From: Nitrospirota bacterium
GTDB lineage: Bacteria > Nitrospirota > Nitrospiria > Nitrospirales > Nitrospiraceae
Assembly (NCBI GenBank): GCA_963701855.1
Contig: CAVPBK010000009.1
Span: 64,001 to 128,000, forward strand
Length of the DNA stretch: 64,000 nucleotides
Direction of reading: 5' to 3'
Shown here one piece after another: positions 20,600 through 31,197 of this stretch. The notes under the pieces were generated by a model. It ran no database searches. It saw nothing but the letters and a program-made list of their open reading frames with translations, and was not told the origin of the DNA. Position numbers and translations under genes: made by a program. The number at the start of each line of letters is the position of its first letter. Position 1 is the first letter of the stretch.

Positions 20600-21646
20600 C
20601 TAGAGCTTGCAGACATAAGCCACAATCGCAGCGGGAATCTCCGACAACGGCAATATTTTATCCACCCCGCCCAGCTTGATCGCCTCTTTCGGCATACCGA
20701 ACACCACGCAACTGGCTTCGTCCTGTGCGATCGTAAACGCGCCGGCCTGCTTCATCGTCAACATTTCCTTAGCGCCATCGCCACCCATGCCGGTAAGGAT
20801 GACTCCGATTGCGTTGGCGCCGGCATACTGGGCAACCGAAGCAAAGGTCACATCGACGGACGGTCGATGGCGATTCACCGGTGGATTCTGGTTGATCTGA
20901 ACGCTGTAGCGCGCCCCGCTACGTACGAGTGTCATGTGATAACTGCCTGGCGCGACCAGAGCATGGCCCGGCAAAACGCTGTCGCCGTCTTCGGCTTCCT
21001 TGACTGAGATTTGGCACAGGCTGTTCATCCGATCCGCCCACGTCTTTGTGAAGTGTTCCGGCATGTGCTGTGTGATCAAGATCGGCGGCGTATTCGGCGG
21101 CAGAGCCATCAACACATCCTTCACTGCTTCCGTGCCTCCTGTGGACGAGCCGATCGCGATGATCGTATCCGTCGTCTTGATCATGGCAGCCTCAGGCGTC
21201 AGGGGTGCGGCTCCCCCCTTACTCCCTGCTCCCCTGCCCTTCACCTTCGCCTGCGCGGCAGCCTTCACCTTGGCGATGAGATCCTGAGCCACCTCCTCCA
21301 TGCCTTCCCTAAGATCAATTTTTGGCTTGGTGATGAAATCCACCGCACCTAACTCCAATGCGCGTAAGGTAGTCTGGCAGCCAACTTCGGTCAGCGAACT
21401 CACCATCACAACCGGCATCGGATGCCCTCGCATCAACTTCTCAAGAAACGTCAGTCCATCCATTTTAGGCATCTCGACGTCGAGCGTAATCACATCCGGG
21501 TTAAGCGCTTTGATTTTTTCACGAGCGATAAAAGGGTCGGGAGCGGACCCGATCACTTCGATCCCGGAGTCTTTCGACAACAGCGTCGCCAACACCTGCC
21601 GCATCAGCGCCGAATCATCGACAGTCAATACGCGAATTTTCGCCAT
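20600..21646 (-). CDS. cheB: Chemotaxis methylesterase CheB
   Basis: REC + [19 protein letters not shown]. Confidence 0.96.
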   Translation of the reverse strand: MAKIRVLTVDDSALMRQVLATLLSKDSGIEVIGSAPDPFIAREKIKALNPDVITLDVEMPKMDGLTFLEKLMRGHPMPVVMVSSLTEVGCQTTLRALELGAVDFITKPKIDLREGMEEVAQDLIAKVKAAAQAKVKGRGAGSKGGAAPLTPEAAMIKTTDTIIAIGSSTGGTEAVKDVLMALPPNTPPILITQHMPEHFTKTWADRMNSLCQISVKEAEDGDSVLPGHALVAPGSYHMTLVRSGARYSVQINQNPPVNRHRPSVDVTFASVAQYAGANAIGVILTGMGGDGAKEMLTMKQAGAFTIAQDEASCVVFGMPKEAIKLGGVDKILPLSEIPAAIVAYVCKL

Positions 21647-21710
21647 AAGCCCCCTTGTATCTCGTGAAACATGAAACGTATGTCGTTCAGGATTCGACGC
21701 TGCACGTCGC

Positions 21711-22346
21711 TTAGAAAAGCGTGGCATCCTCCACCGACAGCTGTTCCCGCTGCTTGATTTTTAATGCATAATCCTTCTCCCGTTCGAAAATCGTCTTATT
21801 CTTGATATGCTCAATCTTCTTCATCAAGACACGCCCCGAGTCAGTAAAGTAATAGACCTTGCGGGGGAACACATCGCCGAGATCGGTCTTGACGATTGCG
21901 AGTCCCTCGCTCTTCAAGTACCCGATCACCCACTTGGCATTGTTCGCGCCCACATCGATATGGCCTTCGTAAATCCTGCCGGCACCAAAGAGCTTGATTT
22001 CCATACGACTTTTCACCCCACCCTGTTTGAGGATCTCGTTGATCAACGATTCCATCGCATACGATCCATATCGGGTGGATTCTCCCCAGGAATTACTCCC
22101 ACCTTCTTTCGGCTCCGGCAGCATAAAGTGATTCATCCCGCCGACCCTTGCAATCGGATCACGGATGCATGCAGAGATGCAGGACCCCAAAACTGTGTAC
22201 ACAACCATAGGGTCTCTGCTGACAAAAAACTCTCCTGGCAGGATGGTCGCAATCTCATGCGGAAACCGATGGTCCCGCATGCGCCGGATGTGGGCGAACG
22301 CGTCACATGAGGCGTCAGGCGTCAGATGCAAGGGGATATTGGTCAT
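21711..22346 (-). CDS. cheD: Chemoreceptor glutamine deamidase CheD
   Basis: [25 protein letters not shown]. Confidence 0.95.
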   Translation of the reverse strand: MTNIPLHLTPDASCDAFAHIRRMRDHRFPHEIATILPGEFFVSRDPMVVYTVLGSCISACIRDPIARVGGMNHFMLPEPKEGGSNSWGESTRYGSYAMESLINEILKQGGVKSRMEIKLFGAGRIYEGHIDVGANNAKWVIGYLKSEGLAIVKTDLGDVFPRKVYYFTDSGRVLMKKIEHIKNKTIFEREKDYALKIKQREQLSVEDATLF

Positions 22347-22393
22347 GATTCGCGATGCTTCCTCTCCGACCGTGCTGTTTTACCTATCACCCC

Positions 22394-23212
22394 TCACGTC
22401 CCTTTCCGGTAAATCGTAGGCGCAATCGACTTGAAGGAATGAGCGACCCACTGCAAGCTCTCCGAATGCCCGATGAATAGGTAGCCACCCGGTTTCAAAT
22501 AACGATGAAACTTGTTCACGAGGGTTTCCTGGGTCGGGCGATCGAAATAGATCATGACGTTTCGGCAGAAAATGAGATCGAGCGGGTTCTTGATGGGGAA
22601 ACCGTCGTCCATCAAATTTATGCGCCGGAACGTAATCGCGTCGGCGAGGTGCGGTTTCACCTTAAAGACTCCGGTTTGATCACCTCGCCCGCGAAGGAAA
22701 TGACGTTTCATGACGCCGGGCGGCACGGTACGAAAACACTCTTCGTTGTATAAGCCTGCTGCGGCTTTAGCCAGGACGCGAGTCGAGAGATCCGAGGCCA
22801 ATATTTTCATATCCCACCGCTCGGGACTCCGCACCGCTTCGTACAGCGTGATGGCGATCGTATAGGGTTCTTCCCCGGTCGAACAGGCAGACGACCAGAT
22901 TCGAATGCGTTTGGCGCTGTCCAGCTCTGGAAGAATCTTTTCGCGTAGGAAATCAAAATGCTTTGGCTCGCGAAAGAAATCCGTTTTATTCGTTGAAATC
23001 AGATCCAGCATCCGAGTGAATTCTTCATGTGCCTGATCTTCTACCACCTTCGCGTAGTATTCCGAGAAAGTCGCCAGGTCAAGATCGTGCAGTCGTTTCG
23101 AGAGACGGGAAGCCAAGAACGACTGTTTTTGCTCACTCAGCGAAATGCCGCTCTCGTCGTAAATCAACGTGCGAAACCGGTGGAATTCTTCTGCGGTGAT
23201 CGAGTACTCCAT
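22394..23212 (-). CDS. cheR: Chemotaxis methyltransferase CheR
   Basis: TNKTDFFRE, WSSACSTGEEPY, IFCRNVMIYF, GHSE. Confidence 0.96.
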   Translation of the reverse strand: MEYSITAEEFHRFRTLIYDESGISLSEQKQSFLASRLSKRLHDLDLATFSEYYAKVVEDQAHEEFTRMLDLISTNKTDFFREPKHFDFLREKILPELDSAKRIRIWSSACSTGEEPYTIAITLYEAVRSPERWDMKILASDLSTRVLAKAAAGLYNEECFRTVPPGVMKRHFLRGRGDQTGVFKVKPHLADAITFRRINLMDDGFPIKNPLDLIFCRNVMIYFDRPTQETLVNKFHRYLKPGGYLFIGHSESLQWVAHSFKSIAPTIYRKGT

Positions 23213-23280
23213 AAATAGGCGAGGATCCGGTTACACGCGGCGTGCCGATGCCCTGCCAGGTTGAACCCAGGGTCACTTCT

Positions 23281-23308
23281 CTATCGGTTAGTTATGGTCG
23301 ATTCTTAA
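23281..23308 (-). promoter_or_regulatory. Putative sigma28 (FliA) promoter for cheR-cheD-cheB
   Basis: TTAAG-N15-ACCGATAG on the minus strand, 69 bp upstream of cheR. Confidence 0.65.
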
Positions 23309-24028
23309 CTATGAAACTTCCTGCAGCAGCCGACTCCGTAGAAGGAGCCACTTCGGTTACGAAAACCTGCGGCTACGGGCGTATATAGCGAAGGAGAATC
23401 AAAACGAAGACCAGGCTGGTCGCTGAGGGGGAGGGAAGCAGAAAATATTGCCGCTCAGCTAGAAGCCTGTGCGGCATTGCCTTCATGACGAGGGGAATGA
23501 GGTGCGTCCAGATGCGAGGCCGCAGACTCGAGGCTGATCCCCGTTTTGTGTTTCACGCCTTACGTTTCAGGTTCCAAGTTTCTAGTTTCCGGAGAGGGTT
23601 TCCTGACAACATGAAACCTGAAACTTCGACTCCGTGCAAACGACCCTTCACGGAGCGGATCGGCGTTTGAAGGGGAAACATTCATGAATAATGCGAGCTC
23701 ATGCTGACAACAGGATCATGGTTTCCCTCGGACAGGGCCTTTCGGGTAATCAGCGGGTCATCTCGCCAGAGTCGGTCCATAACAAATTACCATCTGTTAA
23801 GTTTAAGGTTGATGCTGGCGCGTTGACCCAGCGCGCGAGGATCTTTCCCTGCACCCGGGATTGCAGGAGATTTTTCAGATAATCATTACCCTAGCAGCGA
23901 AGCACCTGATCTCGTCACTCCTAAGACTATTTACACATGTTTTTTTCTATGCGCAGGCACGAGGCGAAGACCTTCACCATCTCACCGCGCGCTCGTCTCA
24001 CTTATCTCGCATGTCATGCTTTGCATCC

Positions 24029-26476
24029 TTAGAATTCCTCGAACTCTTCTTCCGTCTTGCGCCGCTCCTTGCCGTTGCCGGCGGCGACGCCGGCCGGTTC
24101 CTCCCAACTCTTCGCCTTCGTCGGAGCCGCGAACTTCTGGTCCCGTGCTTTGATCCTAGGTTTCGGGGACAAGCCGGCACCCGGTGCAAACTCCCCATCA
24201 AAGGCCTGACTCGTGCGTGCCGTATGCTCTCTCATCTCCGCCATGGGTGGCATCGCCATCTTCATCGCTCCGGAAGCAGTGATCTTGAAAGCCTCGACCT
24301 GCGTCATCAGCGCCTTGGCCTGCTCCCGCATGGATTGGCTGGCGGCCGTGGTTTCTTCGACCAGCGCGGCGTTCTGCTGGGTGGTCTGGTCCATTTGCAT
24401 GATGGACGTATTCACCTGATCGATGCCGCTGGCCTGTTCCTGCGAGGCCGCTGTGATCTCGGCAATGATGTCTGTCACATGCTTGACCGACGTCACGATC
24501 TCATTGAGTGTCTTGCCGGATTGATTGACCAGCTCGCTCCCGTCCGTCACCCGCTGGAGCGACTCTTTGATGAGGCCCTTGATCTCTTTGGCTGCGGTCG
24601 CTGACCGCTGCGCCAGGTTCCGCACCTCGGCGGCCACCACGGCAAACCCACGCCCATGCTCGCCCGCCCGCGCCGCTTCAACCGCGGCGTTCAGCGCCAA
24701 TAGGTTGGTCTGGAAGGCGATCTCGTCGATCACGGTAATGATGTCGGCAATCTTCGTGCTACTCTTGTTGATCTCGTGCATCGCCTCAACTGCCTTCGTG
24801 GTCACGGCACCGCCCTTGGCCGCCACGTCGCGCGCGGCCACGGCCAGCTGATTCGCCTGTTTGGCGTTGTCGGCGTTCTGCTTAACCGTCGAGGTCATCT
24901 CCTCCATCGCGCTGGACGTCTCCTCCAGCGATGCGGCCTGCTCGCTGGTCCGTTGCGAGAGGTCCTCGTTGCCCTTGGTGATTTCTTCTGCCCCCAACGA
25001 CACGCTCTCCGCGGCTTCACGCACTGTATTGAGGGACACCTTCAGATTGGTGATCGCACCGTTGATGCTGCCCTTGATCTGTTCGAGCTCACCCTCGCAG
25101 GCTATCGTCAGCTGGTCCGTCAGGTCGCCCTGTGCCAAGTTCGTCAGCACCCGCTTGGCCTCTACCAGAAACTGTTCCATCTTTGCCGTTTGCACTTGTT
25201 CCGCCGTCGCCTTCGCTTGGAGTGTCTTCCCCATTTCATTGAACCCCCGCGACAGCAGGCCTACCTCGTCCGTCGTCGTGACTGGAACCCGCGTGTCAAG
25301 CGCGCCGCCGGCCAGCTTCGCCGCCGCCTCGCTCACCCGGACGATGCCTTTGGCGCCGATGCGCCCAATCAGGATTCCGATCAGCAGGATCAACATCACA
25401 CACACGACAATGGCGATCAGTACGTTCCGGTTGATTGCTCTGGCATCGGCAGTCGCATCGGCATGATCGACCATGATGAGGACCGACCAATTCATGCCCG
25501 GATAGCCTAACGCCCCCTTGAGGTGCGTGTAGCCAATCACTTGTTGTATTCCGGTCCGTGGGTGGGGCTCAATCGCAAAGCCCGGCTTGCCGGCCACGGC
25601 TTCTTTGGCCGCCGTAAGCCCACGATCAGCCAAATTGGTGGTCATCAGCGTCGAAAAATCGTGCCGGAACCGGTCACTGCCCGCGCCCGCAGGCTCGAAG
25701 TTCGCGAGAATCTTGCCGTCCTTATCGAGGAGGAGAACGCTCGAGTTGGCGAACCCGGCATTCATCATAACCGTTTGGGCCACGCGCAGGATATCTTCTA
25801 CGAGCGAGAACTTCGCACGATTGCTCCAGTAGGCCACGACTTTGCCGTCCCTATAGACCGGGGCCGAAAAGCCCAGCGTGAGGCCATCATCGCCGGGATA
25901 GGCTGCTTTCACGTCCGGATCGACATGAAGATCTTCGATATACGTGCCGGTCGCCACCGTGTTGCCCGGCGCCGCGAACGGCATCGTGGTCGTAAACTGC
26001 TGGGCCTTCAACGCCCGGAACCAGGGCGTCTCGGCGTAGTTCTTCTTGTAGAGGTCGTGGGACTGGATGGGCTTCCCGTCGGCATCCTTGGAATTCACGG
26101 CGATCACGCGCCCCTCCAGGTCGACCAGCAAGCTCAAGGAGTACAGATCGTAGGTGTCCACATATTGGTTGATGACCTGTCGGATGGGATTGCCCTCGGC
26201 CTCGGCACGATACCAGGCGGTCTTCTGATCGAGCACGCTATTAAGCCCGAACGCCTGCACATCGCCATAGCGTTCGAAGAGGTTGCGATCAATCTTGTCG
26301 GCCACTCCCTCCGCCATTGCGTGAAAGCGCATCCCGGACGAGTTCTCGATGGTCAGACTGGCGTTGTACGCAATCAACCCGATGACCACCATTGGCACGA
26401 AACCAAAGAGAACAAAAAGCGCGGTCAGTTTCGCGGTGATCCCCCAACGACTAGAACTTCGCTTCATGTCGTCCAT
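24029..26476 (-). CDS. Methyl-accepting chemotaxis protein (Cache-like periplasmic domain, HAMPs, C-terminal pentapeptide EFEEF)
   Basis: Two TMs, [15 protein letters not shown], signalling hairpin [35 protein letters not shown]-like terminus. Confidence 0.95.
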   Translation of the reverse strand: MDDMKRSSSRWGITAKLTALFVLFGFVPMVVIGLIAYNASLTIENSSGMRFHAMAEGVADKIDRNLFERYGDVQAFGLNSVLDQKTAWYRAEAEGNPIRQVINQYVDTYDLYSLSLLVDLEGRVIAVNSKDADGKPIQSHDLYKKNYAETPWFRALKAQQFTTTMPFAAPGNTVATGTYIEDLHVDPDVKAAYPGDDGLTLGFSAPVYRDGKVVAYWSNRAKFSLVEDILRVAQTVMMNAGFANSSVLLLDKDGKILANFEPAGAGSDRFRHDFSTLMTTNLADRGLTAAKEAVAGKPGFAIEPHPRTGIQQVIGYTHLKGALGYPGMNWSVLIMVDHADATADARAINRNVLIAIVVCVMLILLIGILIGRIGAKGIVRVSEAAAKLAGGALDTRVPVTTTDEVGLLSRGFNEMGKTLQAKATAEQVQTAKMEQFLVEAKRVLTNLAQGDLTDQLTIACEGELEQIKGSINGAITNLKVSLNTVREAAESVSLGAEEITKGNEDLSQRTSEQAASLEETSSAMEEMTSTVKQNADNAKQANQLAVAARDVAAKGGAVTTKAVEAMHEINKSSTKIADIITVIDEIAFQTNLLALNAAVEAARAGEHGRGFAVVAAEVRNLAQRSATAAKEIKGLIKESLQRVTDGSELVNQSGKTLNEIVTSVKHVTDIIAEITAASQEQASGIDQVNTSIMQMDQTTQQNAALVEETTAASQSMREQAKALMTQVEAFKITASGAMKMAMPPMAEMREHTARTSQAFDGEFAPGAGLSPKPRIKARDQKFAAPTKAKSWEEPAGVAAGNGKERRKTEEEFEEF

Positions 26477-26586
26477 AATCGGTCGCCCCCTTTTCTGGAC
26501 TAGAAATCGGTCTAATAAGGTTTCTAGTCCCACGTTTCATGTTGTCCGGACACCCCTTCAGAAAACCACAAACTCAAAACCGGAAA

Positions 26587-26798
26587 CTAGAATTACTCGA
26601 ACTCGTCTTCCGTCCTGCGCCGCTCCTTGCCGTTGCCGGCCGCGACCTCGGCCGGTTCTTCCTGACTCTTCGCCTTCGACGGAGCCGCGAACTTCTGATC
26701 CCGTGCGTTGAACCCAGATTTCGTAGACGAATCGGCACTCGGTTTCGACTCCCCATCAAAGGCCTGACTCGTGCGCGCCGTGTGCTCTCTCATCTCCG
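26587..26798 (-). pseudogene. Orphan 3' tail of an MCP paralog (direct repeat of 24029-24240) with nonsense mutation
   Basis: Roughly 85-87% nt identity by hand to the MCP 3' end; EDEFE*F* versus EEEFEEF* (GAA>TAA). Confidence 0.88.
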
Positions 26799-26943
26799 TC
26801 GTATAGCGAAATTCCCGAACCATGTTCCTATCACTCTTTCCTTCCTTGGCTGCCGATTATTTTGAGGCCAGGTTGAAAATCAAAAGTCCGAAGAGCGGAG
26901 TTCGAAGATTCAAATACTTCAGCCTGCCTCACCTGTCCTGCGC

Positions 26944-27459
26944 TTAGGCCGAGACCGTTATGATTTTCTGCAACTCGTTCTCGCTCAATAATCGGTCAAT
27001 ATTCAGCAGCGCTACGAGCTTATCGCCACACTTGGCAATGCCGTTCAAGAAACTCACATCGACCTTAGCTCCGAACTCCGGCGTGGCCTGAATGTCCTTT
27101 TGGCTGATGTTGAGCACATCTGATACGGAATCTACCACCAGACCCATGATGCGATCCCGCACGACGACCACGACGATGACGCTGAGCATCGTGTAATCGA
27201 TAGTTGCCATGCCGAACGTGGTCCGCAATTCGACGATGGGCACAATCGTGCCGCGCAGATTCATGACCCCTTTGATGTAGCTCGGCGTGTTGGGGATCTT
27301 CGTCACGGTCGTGTAGCCCTTGAGTTCCTGTACGCGTAAAATATCCACCCCGTAGAGTTCTTCGCCGAGCTGAAACGTCAGGAACTGGCTCCCGTCCGTG
27401 GCGAGCCCAATTTGCTGATTAAGTTCCTTTGTCGAGGTCTCAGGCGTTACTGTTGTCAT
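26944..27459 (-). CDS. cheW: CheW
   Basis: QFLTFQLGEELYG, GVMNLRGTIVP, GLVVDSVSDV. Confidence 0.96.
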   Translation of the reverse strand: MTTVTPETSTKELNQQIGLATDGSQFLTFQLGEELYGVDILRVQELKGYTTVTKIPNTPSYIKGVMNLRGTIVPIVELRTTFGMATIDYTMLSVIVVVVVRDRIMGLVVDSVSDVLNISQKDIQATPEFGAKVDVSFLNGIAKCGDKLVALLNIDRLLSENELQKIITVSA

Positions 27460-27540
27460 AAGGTTCTCCTATTAGTCTGTCGCATGTGCTTAATTGAACC
27501 GGACCAAACATATAGGCCAAACAGACCGCTCTCGCTCGCC

Positions 27541-29700
27541 TCACGCCGCAACCGGCACAATCCGGCGCGACATTTCGATCAGTCCACGAACATCCAAAAT
27601 AAATCCGACCGTGCCGTCGCCCAAAATCGTCGCGCCGGCGACGCCGTCGACCTTGCGGAAATTCTGCTCCATGCTCTTGATAACGACCTGTTGCTGGCCG
27701 ATGATTTCGTCCACCATCACGGCGACCTGCTCCCCTTCCGTTTCAAGAATCAAAAGAATTGCCTTAGCAGGATCGGTGAATTCCGGCTGCAAGGAGAACA
27801 CATCGTACAGGCGCATCATGGGCAAGTAGGTGTTGCGCACGTCGATGAGTTCGCCCTTGCCGGCGACGGTCTTAATTTCGCCGGCTTTCGGCTGGATGGA
27901 TTCCAAGATCGACAGCAACGGCACGATGTACGTCTCTTTACCGACTCGAACTGTCATCCCTTCGATGATGGCCAGGGTCAGCGGGAGCTTGAGTGTAAAA
28001 ATCGTGCCTTTGCCCAGCGTCGTCTTGATGGTGACGGCGCCGCCCAAGCTTTCGATATTCCGCTTGACGACATCCATTCCGACACCACGGCCTGAGATAT
28101 CCGTTACCTTTTCCGCTGTTGAAAACCCTGGCTTGAAGATTAAAGGCCATATCTGGTCGTCGGACAGTTTTTCGTGTTTCGCGATCAAGCCCTGTTTAAT
28201 GGCCTTAGCGAGAATTTTCTCGCGGTTCAACCCTCGCCCGTCGTCTTCGACGGTGACGCAGATACTTCCACCTGCATGGAAGGCATTGAGACGGATGGTT
28301 CCAAATTCAGGCTTGTTGTTATCAAGGCGTTCTTCCGGCGCTTCCAACCCGTGATCGGCCGAGTTCCGCACGAGATGTGTCAGCGGGTCGCCGATGGATT
28401 CGATGACGGTCTTGTCCAGTTCGGTCTCTTCGCCTGACAGGACGAGCTGAATTTTCTTACCGGCTTTGGCCGAGAGATCACGGACTAGTCTCGGGAACCG
28501 GCTAAAGGCAGTGCCGATCGGCAACATCCGGATGCCCATGACCCGCTCCTGAATCTCGCGCGTGTTATGCTCCAATTGCGCCATCCGTTCCAGCAACACC
28601 GGCATCTGACTCATCTCGAAGTGGACTCCGAGATCGCTCAACATTGACTGAGTAATGACCAGTTCGCCCACGAGGTTAATGAGCTTGTCGATCTTGTCGG
28701 TATCCACACGGATCGACGTTGCCTCGCTTTTCTTCGATTGTGCGGCGGACTCCTGTTGCTTCTGCTTCTGTAAGGCCTGCTCCACCTGCTGCGGCGTAAC
28801 CGCGTGCTGCTCAATGAGAATCTCACCCACACGCTTTTGCTGTGCGAGCGCGTGGTCGAGTGTTTCTCGCGACACAACCCCGGTTTCGACGAGAATCTCG
28901 CCAAGGGGTTTAGGCTTCCCCTCCATGCCGTCAGGAATGAGCGGCGCTTCATACCTCACGCCTGCCGCCTTGCGTTCCTCGATCATGAGATGACTGTCTT
29001 CCCGAACAAACTCAAACACCGCATCCACAACCTGCCGGCCCTTGGAAGTTTCTAATTTCATCGTCCAGGAGAGGTAGCACTTCTCCGGATCCATCGTGGC
29101 CAACTCCGGCAACTTCGTCGTATTGACAGTGACCTGGGATAAGATCCCAAGATCGGCAAGTTCCTTGAAGATTTGCAGCGGATCAAGACCGCGCTGAAAG
29201 AGCCATTCCGGTGGTGTCCAGGCAATAAGAAAGGTTGTGGCTGAGGTTGAGGTCAAGGCCGTAGAGGAAGAGGAGCGGTTTCCCTTCTCGACCTTAGCCT
29301 CAGTCTTGACCTTTGTGTCGCTTGCGGCCGCCAGTTCAGCCGTGAGTCGTTGAACCGGTTCGTCATCCACTGGTGAGCCGGTCTTGGCTGCATCGATCAG
29401 CAGCTTCAAACAGTCGGTCGATTTGAGCAGGAGGTCCGCGATTATCGGCGTGACGACCTTCTGGCCGTTACGAAGCAGGTCGAGCAGGGTCTCCATCTTA
29501 TGGGTAAACTGCGCAACCGCGCTGAACCCGAACATGCCGCTCGTGCCCTTGATCGAATGGGCCGAACGAAATATCTTGTTCAACAGATCCAGATCCTCGG
29601 GATGCTGCTCGAGCGCCAGCAGCCCCTCTTCGACCACAGCCAAATGGTCGCCGGCTTCTTCGAAAAAGGCCTCTTGAAATTCCGATAAATCGTTACTCAT
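27541..29700 (-). CDS. cheA: Chemotaxis histidine kinase CheA
   Basis: P1 FRSAHSIKG, LINLVGELVI, HLVRNSADHG, GRGVGMDVV, C-terminal CheW domain. Confidence 0.97.
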   Translation of the reverse strand: MSNDLSEFQEAFFEEAGDHLAVVEEGLLALEQHPEDLDLLNKIFRSAHSIKGTSGMFGFSAVAQFTHKMETLLDLLRNGQKVVTPIIADLLLKSTDCLKLLIDAAKTGSPVDDEPVQRLTAELAAASDTKVKTEAKVEKGNRSSSSTALTSTSATTFLIAWTPPEWLFQRGLDPLQIFKELADLGILSQVTVNTTKLPELATMDPEKCYLSWTMKLETSKGRQVVDAVFEFVREDSHLMIEERKAAGVRYEAPLIPDGMEGKPKPLGEILVETGVVSRETLDHALAQQKRVGEILIEQHAVTPQQVEQALQKQKQQESAAQSKKSEATSIRVDTDKIDKLINLVGELVITQSMLSDLGVHFEMSQMPVLLERMAQLEHNTREIQERVMGIRMLPIGTAFSRFPRLVRDLSAKAGKKIQLVLSGEETELDKTVIESIGDPLTHLVRNSADHGLEAPEERLDNNKPEFGTIRLNAFHAGGSICVTVEDDGRGLNREKILAKAIKQGLIAKHEKLSDDQIWPLIFKPGFSTAEKVTDISGRGVGMDVVKRNIESLGGAVTIKTTLGKGTIFTLKLPLTLAIIEGMTVRVGKETYIVPLLSILESIQPKAGEIKTVAGKGELIDVRNTYLPMMRLYDVFSLQPEFTDPAKAILLILETEGEQVAVMVDEIIGQQQVVIKSMEQNFRKVDGVAGATILGDGTVGFILDVRGLIEMSRRIVPVAA

Positions 29701-29765
29701 GTTTGAACCCTGTGATGGGTGACAGGCAATGAATGCGAGATTCGATGGATCACCTCTCACTACTG

Positions 29766-30137
29766 TTATGCCGGCAACACCTTCGCGATCACTTTCAGCA
29801 TCAACTCGGGATTGAACGGCTTCACGATCCACCCGGTGGCGCCAGCCTCTTTGCCGGCTTGCTTCTTGTCTGCCGCCGACTCTGTGGTGAGCATAAGAAT
29901 CGGAGTAAACCTGAATGATGCCATCTTGCGGAGTTCCTTGATCAGACTGATGCCGTCCATCTCCGGCATGTTCAAGTCGGTGAAGACAATGTCCACTTTG
30001 GGCTCACCGGCAACCTTCGCGACGGCATCTTTTCCGTGTTCCGCTTGCACAACCTTGAAGCCGGCATTCGTTAAGGTGAACGCCACCATCTGTCTCATGG
30101 TCGGCGAATCGTCCACGACTAACGCTGTTTTGCTCAT
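29766..30137 (-). CDS. cheY: CheY-like response regulator
   Basis: Single REC domain (VVDDS, TDLNMP, IVKPF) directly upstream of cheA. Confidence 0.9.
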   Translation of the reverse strand: MSKTALVVDDSPTMRQMVAFTLTNAGFKVVQAEHGKDAVAKVAGEPKVDIVFTDLNMPEMDGISLIKELRKMASFRFTPILMLTTESAADKKQAGKEAGATGWIVKPFNPELMLKVIAKVLPA

Positions 30138-30241
30138 CTTCTCCTCCAACTCTAAGCCGTGGGCTTGAATGCCGTGAAACGCGTTCCTGAATTACTCGCG
30201 AGCATAACGAGAGCCGCTTCACATCCCTTGGGCTCCCATTC

Positions 30242-30811
30242 TCAAAACAGCGTGGCGGAATCCGCATCCCTTTCTGTCTGTGCCGTTTCGATCGGTACTG
30301 GTTCTTGATAATCGGAGACCAGAGTTGCCGCATGGAGGCGGCGCTCTTCATCCATGGTATAGCTCTCTTCAAGCCGTTGCAGCGCCGCAATTTCCTGCTT
30401 CGCGCCTTCGTCCAGCGGCCCCTTCAACAAGGCTTGGAGATGCTTCTGCCATTGATCCAGCGCCTGGGTTACGTGTTCCAACTTCTGCTGAGTGATGTCT
30501 TGGAATTGCATCGCCATCACGACCTTAGAAAGATCTGCCGATGTATCTGCATGTCTTGAAACCTTAGTTGATGATGTTAATGCGCTGATGTGCAGCATCA
30601 AATCCATCGCCGCCCGTTCCGTTTGTTGTGCCACGGCGACCATTTGTTTCTTCAAGACCGGAATCATGGATACGGCGCAGGTGGCAAATGCTTCCCATGC
30701 CTCCTGATGCGCTTTCAGGCTCACGAGTTCGCTCGTCTCACCGCCGGCTATCGTGGGTCGTCCAGGGCCTTGGGCGTTTCGCATAGTTCGGGCCGTGAGT
30801 CTAACTTCCAT
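30242..30811 (-). CDS. Short chemotaxis-associated coiled-coil protein with CheZ-like QFQD motif
   Basis: MQFQDITQQKLEHV, YTMDEERRLH, C-terminal ATLF. Confidence 0.6.
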   Translation of the reverse strand: MEVRLTARTMRNAQGPGRPTIAGGETSELVSLKAHQEAWEAFATCAVSMIPVLKKQMVAVAQQTERAAMDLMLHISALTSSTKVSRHADTSADLSKVVMAMQFQDITQQKLEHVTQALDQWQKHLQALLKGPLDEGAKQEIAALQRLEESYTMDEERRLHAATLVSDYQEPVPIETAQTERDADSATLF

Positions 30812-30892
30812 CGCGGTTTCTACTCATGTCCATGCGTGAAGCGTCGTTCGTTTCCAGATTCGAATGCTTCACGCGATGCGCTTCATTTACTG

Positions 30893-31156
30893 CTACTCAC
30901 TGAGCGGCTCTGAGAACCCAAGCTGAGTCACTTTTGCCTGCAGCTCTGGCGTAATGCCTGTGACCAGAAGACGTCCCAGCTTTCGGGCCGCCCACATTAA
31001 CTGAATAGCCGCGGTATCCACGCGCGCAACCTGTGAAAGATCCAGGCAGACCAATCCATCGTTCGCAAGCACCGCGAGCAGCGACTCCTTGAATTCAGCC
31101 GCTTCAAAGATCGTCAATTCACCAGATGGCTTACAGAGCTTGGAGTCGGTATCCAT
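30893..31156 (-). CDS. STAS_2 domain protein
   Basis: GELTIFEA, LDLSQVARVDTAAIQL. Confidence 0.8.
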   Translation of the reverse strand: MDTDSKLCKPSGELTIFEAAEFKESLLAVLANDGLVCLDLSQVARVDTAAIQLMWAARKLGRLLVTGITPELQAKVTQLGFSEPLSE

Positions 31157-31197
31157 CGTGCCTCTTGATGCATTGCAGGTTGGAATCGATGGATTCG

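Noticed and set aside
23213..24028. c-di-GMP riboswitch or other ncRNA in the large intergenic gaps
   Set aside because: No recognisable GEMM-like core found by eye; an Rfam/Infernal scan would be needed to exclude it.
23861..26503. Long plus-strand ORFs (e.g. 23861-24604, 24776-25510, 25523-26503) and similar antisense ORFs elsewhere
   Set aside because: Shadow frames of well-supported opposite-strand genes in GC-rich DNA, with no recognisable motifs.
24029..26798. Diversity-generating retroelement (TR/VR pair) for the duplicated MCP or TpsA tails
   Set aside because: Mismatches are not adenine-specific (many C/T and G/C changes) and there is no reverse transcriptase in the window.
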